Positions 61,701-64,000 of a stretch of DNA of 64,000 bases are shown here, in pieces. Made by a program: the position numbers and the translations under genes. The stretch lies in assembly GCF_009914755.1 (NCBI RefSeq), contig NC_060929.1. One strand, given 5' to 3'. How positions within the stretch are numbered: the stretch's first letter is position 1; the number at the start of each line of letters is the position of its first letter. The DNA comes from the human T2T-CHM13v2.0 reference genome, Homo sapiens. The notes under the pieces were generated by a model that did no database searches, had not been told where the DNA came from, and saw only the letters and a list, made by a program, of their open reading frames with translations.

Positions 61701-63789
61701 ATTTATTTACCAGCTAAAATAAATCCAAATAATGTTTAAATTAAAATAGAAGAAACACAGATTAAACTTAAGGAGGAACTTTCTGACAATTAGTTGGCCA
61801 AAATACTAGAATAAGCTACCGAAGATCATGAGGTGATCTCCTGAAGATCATGGGGTAAGGGAGAAGTTGGGGGAGACAAACCAGCCAGATCCTTGGTCTC
61901 CGGGGAAGTTAAAACATGCACCTGTTTTCAGGCAAAGGATTTGCCTATCCTATTGCTTATGATTATTTTCTACTCACAGAATTGGATATCAGGTGATGTC
62001 AATTTTAAAGTTGTTATTTAGTGTTTCTACATGAAGCTATTGAGATTGATTTATGACTACCTTTTATTTCAGGATTTAATATTTCAGAAAAAAATGTATG
62101 GACATTTTTCAGTGAGGTGGACTCTCCTTCAATGTGTTCAAATTCTTTCAATGAAACAAATTTTGGTTGAATTTTGCCAAGAGATGGGCATTTTAAAAAT
62201 ACCTGATTTCTGCCCATATTGCTTGAGTATTGAGAAACCAAACTGGGCCCCATGCCAAAGTCTTCATAGATACCTACAGTCTAAATAGCTCACCTTTGAT
62301 CACATGACAATTCAATGGCAGGATTGATCCTAAACTCACCACCTGTTTAAGCCTTGCCCACAAGCACCAAGCCTTTCTTCTAGTAGGAAAAGAGATATTC
62401 CAAAGGGGCTAAGTTCCAAAAATAATTTTGGGATACATTAATGCCATCTTTAAATAGAGGTCTTTTTTTTGCATAGACTCCTTAGTTTCCTTAGTAGATT
62501 TAGGGTGCAGGGAACTTATTAAGGAATCAATTAGTGCCTTATTGCTCTGTTGAGGACTGAAGGATACCCTTTCAGCACTGGGAAACTTTTTGTTCCTCTC
62601 AAGTACCCATACACTTTCAGGTAATGACTAGGGGAATCTTTGATTTATAGATTGTGAACACAAAAATTCATTTTCGAGGTAGCCAGGAAAGGGAAAAAAG
62701 TTTCAGAAGATCGACAGCATTAGAAACTATAGCTGAGAAAAAGAAAATCTGAGCAGAAATTATTGTGAGATATTATTCCTTCAATTCCCAGCAGCTAGAA
62801 GGAAAAGGTACCTGTAGTCCTAGCTGGATATTACTTTATGATAAGCCTCTGATTATACACATTGGTCTTTCAGATTCCAACACAGGTAAAAGATTATGTA
62901 GGTTTAAACCGCTGGTGCATATCAATGAGCAGATATAACCAACAATGGCCGATGGCTATCAATATGCTAAGGATAGTAAGTTGCCACAGGAAGCCTGTCA
63001 AAAAAAACTCCTCAATTCTGGCCACACAGCCACCATCCACCAGGGTCACCCAGAAACACCAGTGCTGGTTGAGGTCCCTCTTATGTCTAGTCAGGTAACC
63101 CCATTACAAAGCACTGGTGACTTGGAATCCAGGGTGATTCAAAAGACCAGGCTGATCACTAGCCACCAGCAGGTCAACTAAGTTAACTGCTGAGCACCTG
63201 AGTGCACCACTGAAGAACAAACTGGGGATGGAATTGTAACTACTGCACCAAATGGACACTGTAAGGAATGCACAAATGAAGAGACCAAGGCGTGATTCTT
63301 TTCCTGTGCACACCACTCCGGCTATTCTAACTCCCAATTCCTCTCTTCTTATTACTGCTCTATCTCTCCATGCCACTGAGGCACCATAACCCAGTTACAG
63401 AGCACAAAAGTTCCAATCCATCAATGTTTAAAAATTGGGGCATTTTTTCTCAAAGCCAATGCCAACTGCATCCTTTGGGAAAGTGTCTTCTAGCTTTCTG
63501 AATCATGCACTGGTAGGTGGTGGCTATATATTTCAGGGCAGTTATATATTGTGAGTAGCCCAGTGATGTGGGAAATGTTGTTTTTTTCATATGGGGCTTC
63601 CTCTTGTCAAGGCAGATGTAGCTGAACAAACCGGCATCCGTGACAGCCCTGGAAGCCCAGGCCCTGGAACATAGAACTACAAGCATGTCAGAATCTAAGC
63701 AGCTCCAGCGACCGCAGGAGCTACAGCTCATCCATGTTTGTTATAATTTTCTGTTTATCTCTCTCTGTCCTCATTCCTCTGTGTTTGGC

Positions 63790-64000
63790 TTATAAAAGAA
63801 AAATTATGCTGAACCAGTTAAACAGGCAAGGAAGACTTTATTCAAAATGATTACAACAGAGGAGAGAGCTTCAATTCAACACTGGAAACAAAGGAGGGAG
63901 TTAAGTGCTGAGATGGGCTAGTGAAGTACTCAAGGTTGGGAGGAAATAAGTTGATTAGTGAAATTTGACCATTTGTGTTTGCTAATTGGTACTTATCAAA
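63790..64000 (-). mobile_element. Probable ERV1 LTR running off the window edge
   Basis: aaacaggcaaggaagactttattcaa (antisense AATAAA) pattern. Confidence 0.45.

Overview
This is primate genomic DNA, almost certainly human: it carries an AluYa5 with all five diagnostic bases. The window is intronic or intergenic and dominated by repeats (L1PA/L1PB/L1M, Alu, L2, MIR, ERV1/ERVL/MaLR LTRs, MER1A/MER2/MER58 DNA transposons, microsatellites). I can support no intact host protein-coding gene. Nearly all long ORFs in the track are L1 ORF1/ORF2/ORF0 remnants, Alu read-throughs or simple-repeat artefacts. I found no convincing new multi-gene system. The best signals are mechanistic fossils of retrotransposition and DNA repair: (1) a full-length ~6 kb L1PA2/3-type element with a 68-bp 3' transduction, two poly(A) tails, extra 5' bases and an extended ORF0; (2) a twin-primed L1 nested inside another twin-primed L1 that has lost its 3' end; (3) a third twin-primed L1; (4) a 97-bp VNTR inside an L1 3' UTR; (5) fold-back hairpins; (6) an old ~220-bp local duplication with micro-exon-like signals; (7) a CpG-enriched promoter-like patch near 4.3-4.9 kb. 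Repeat subfamily names come from recall of consensus sequences and need RepeatMasker/Dfam confirmation.
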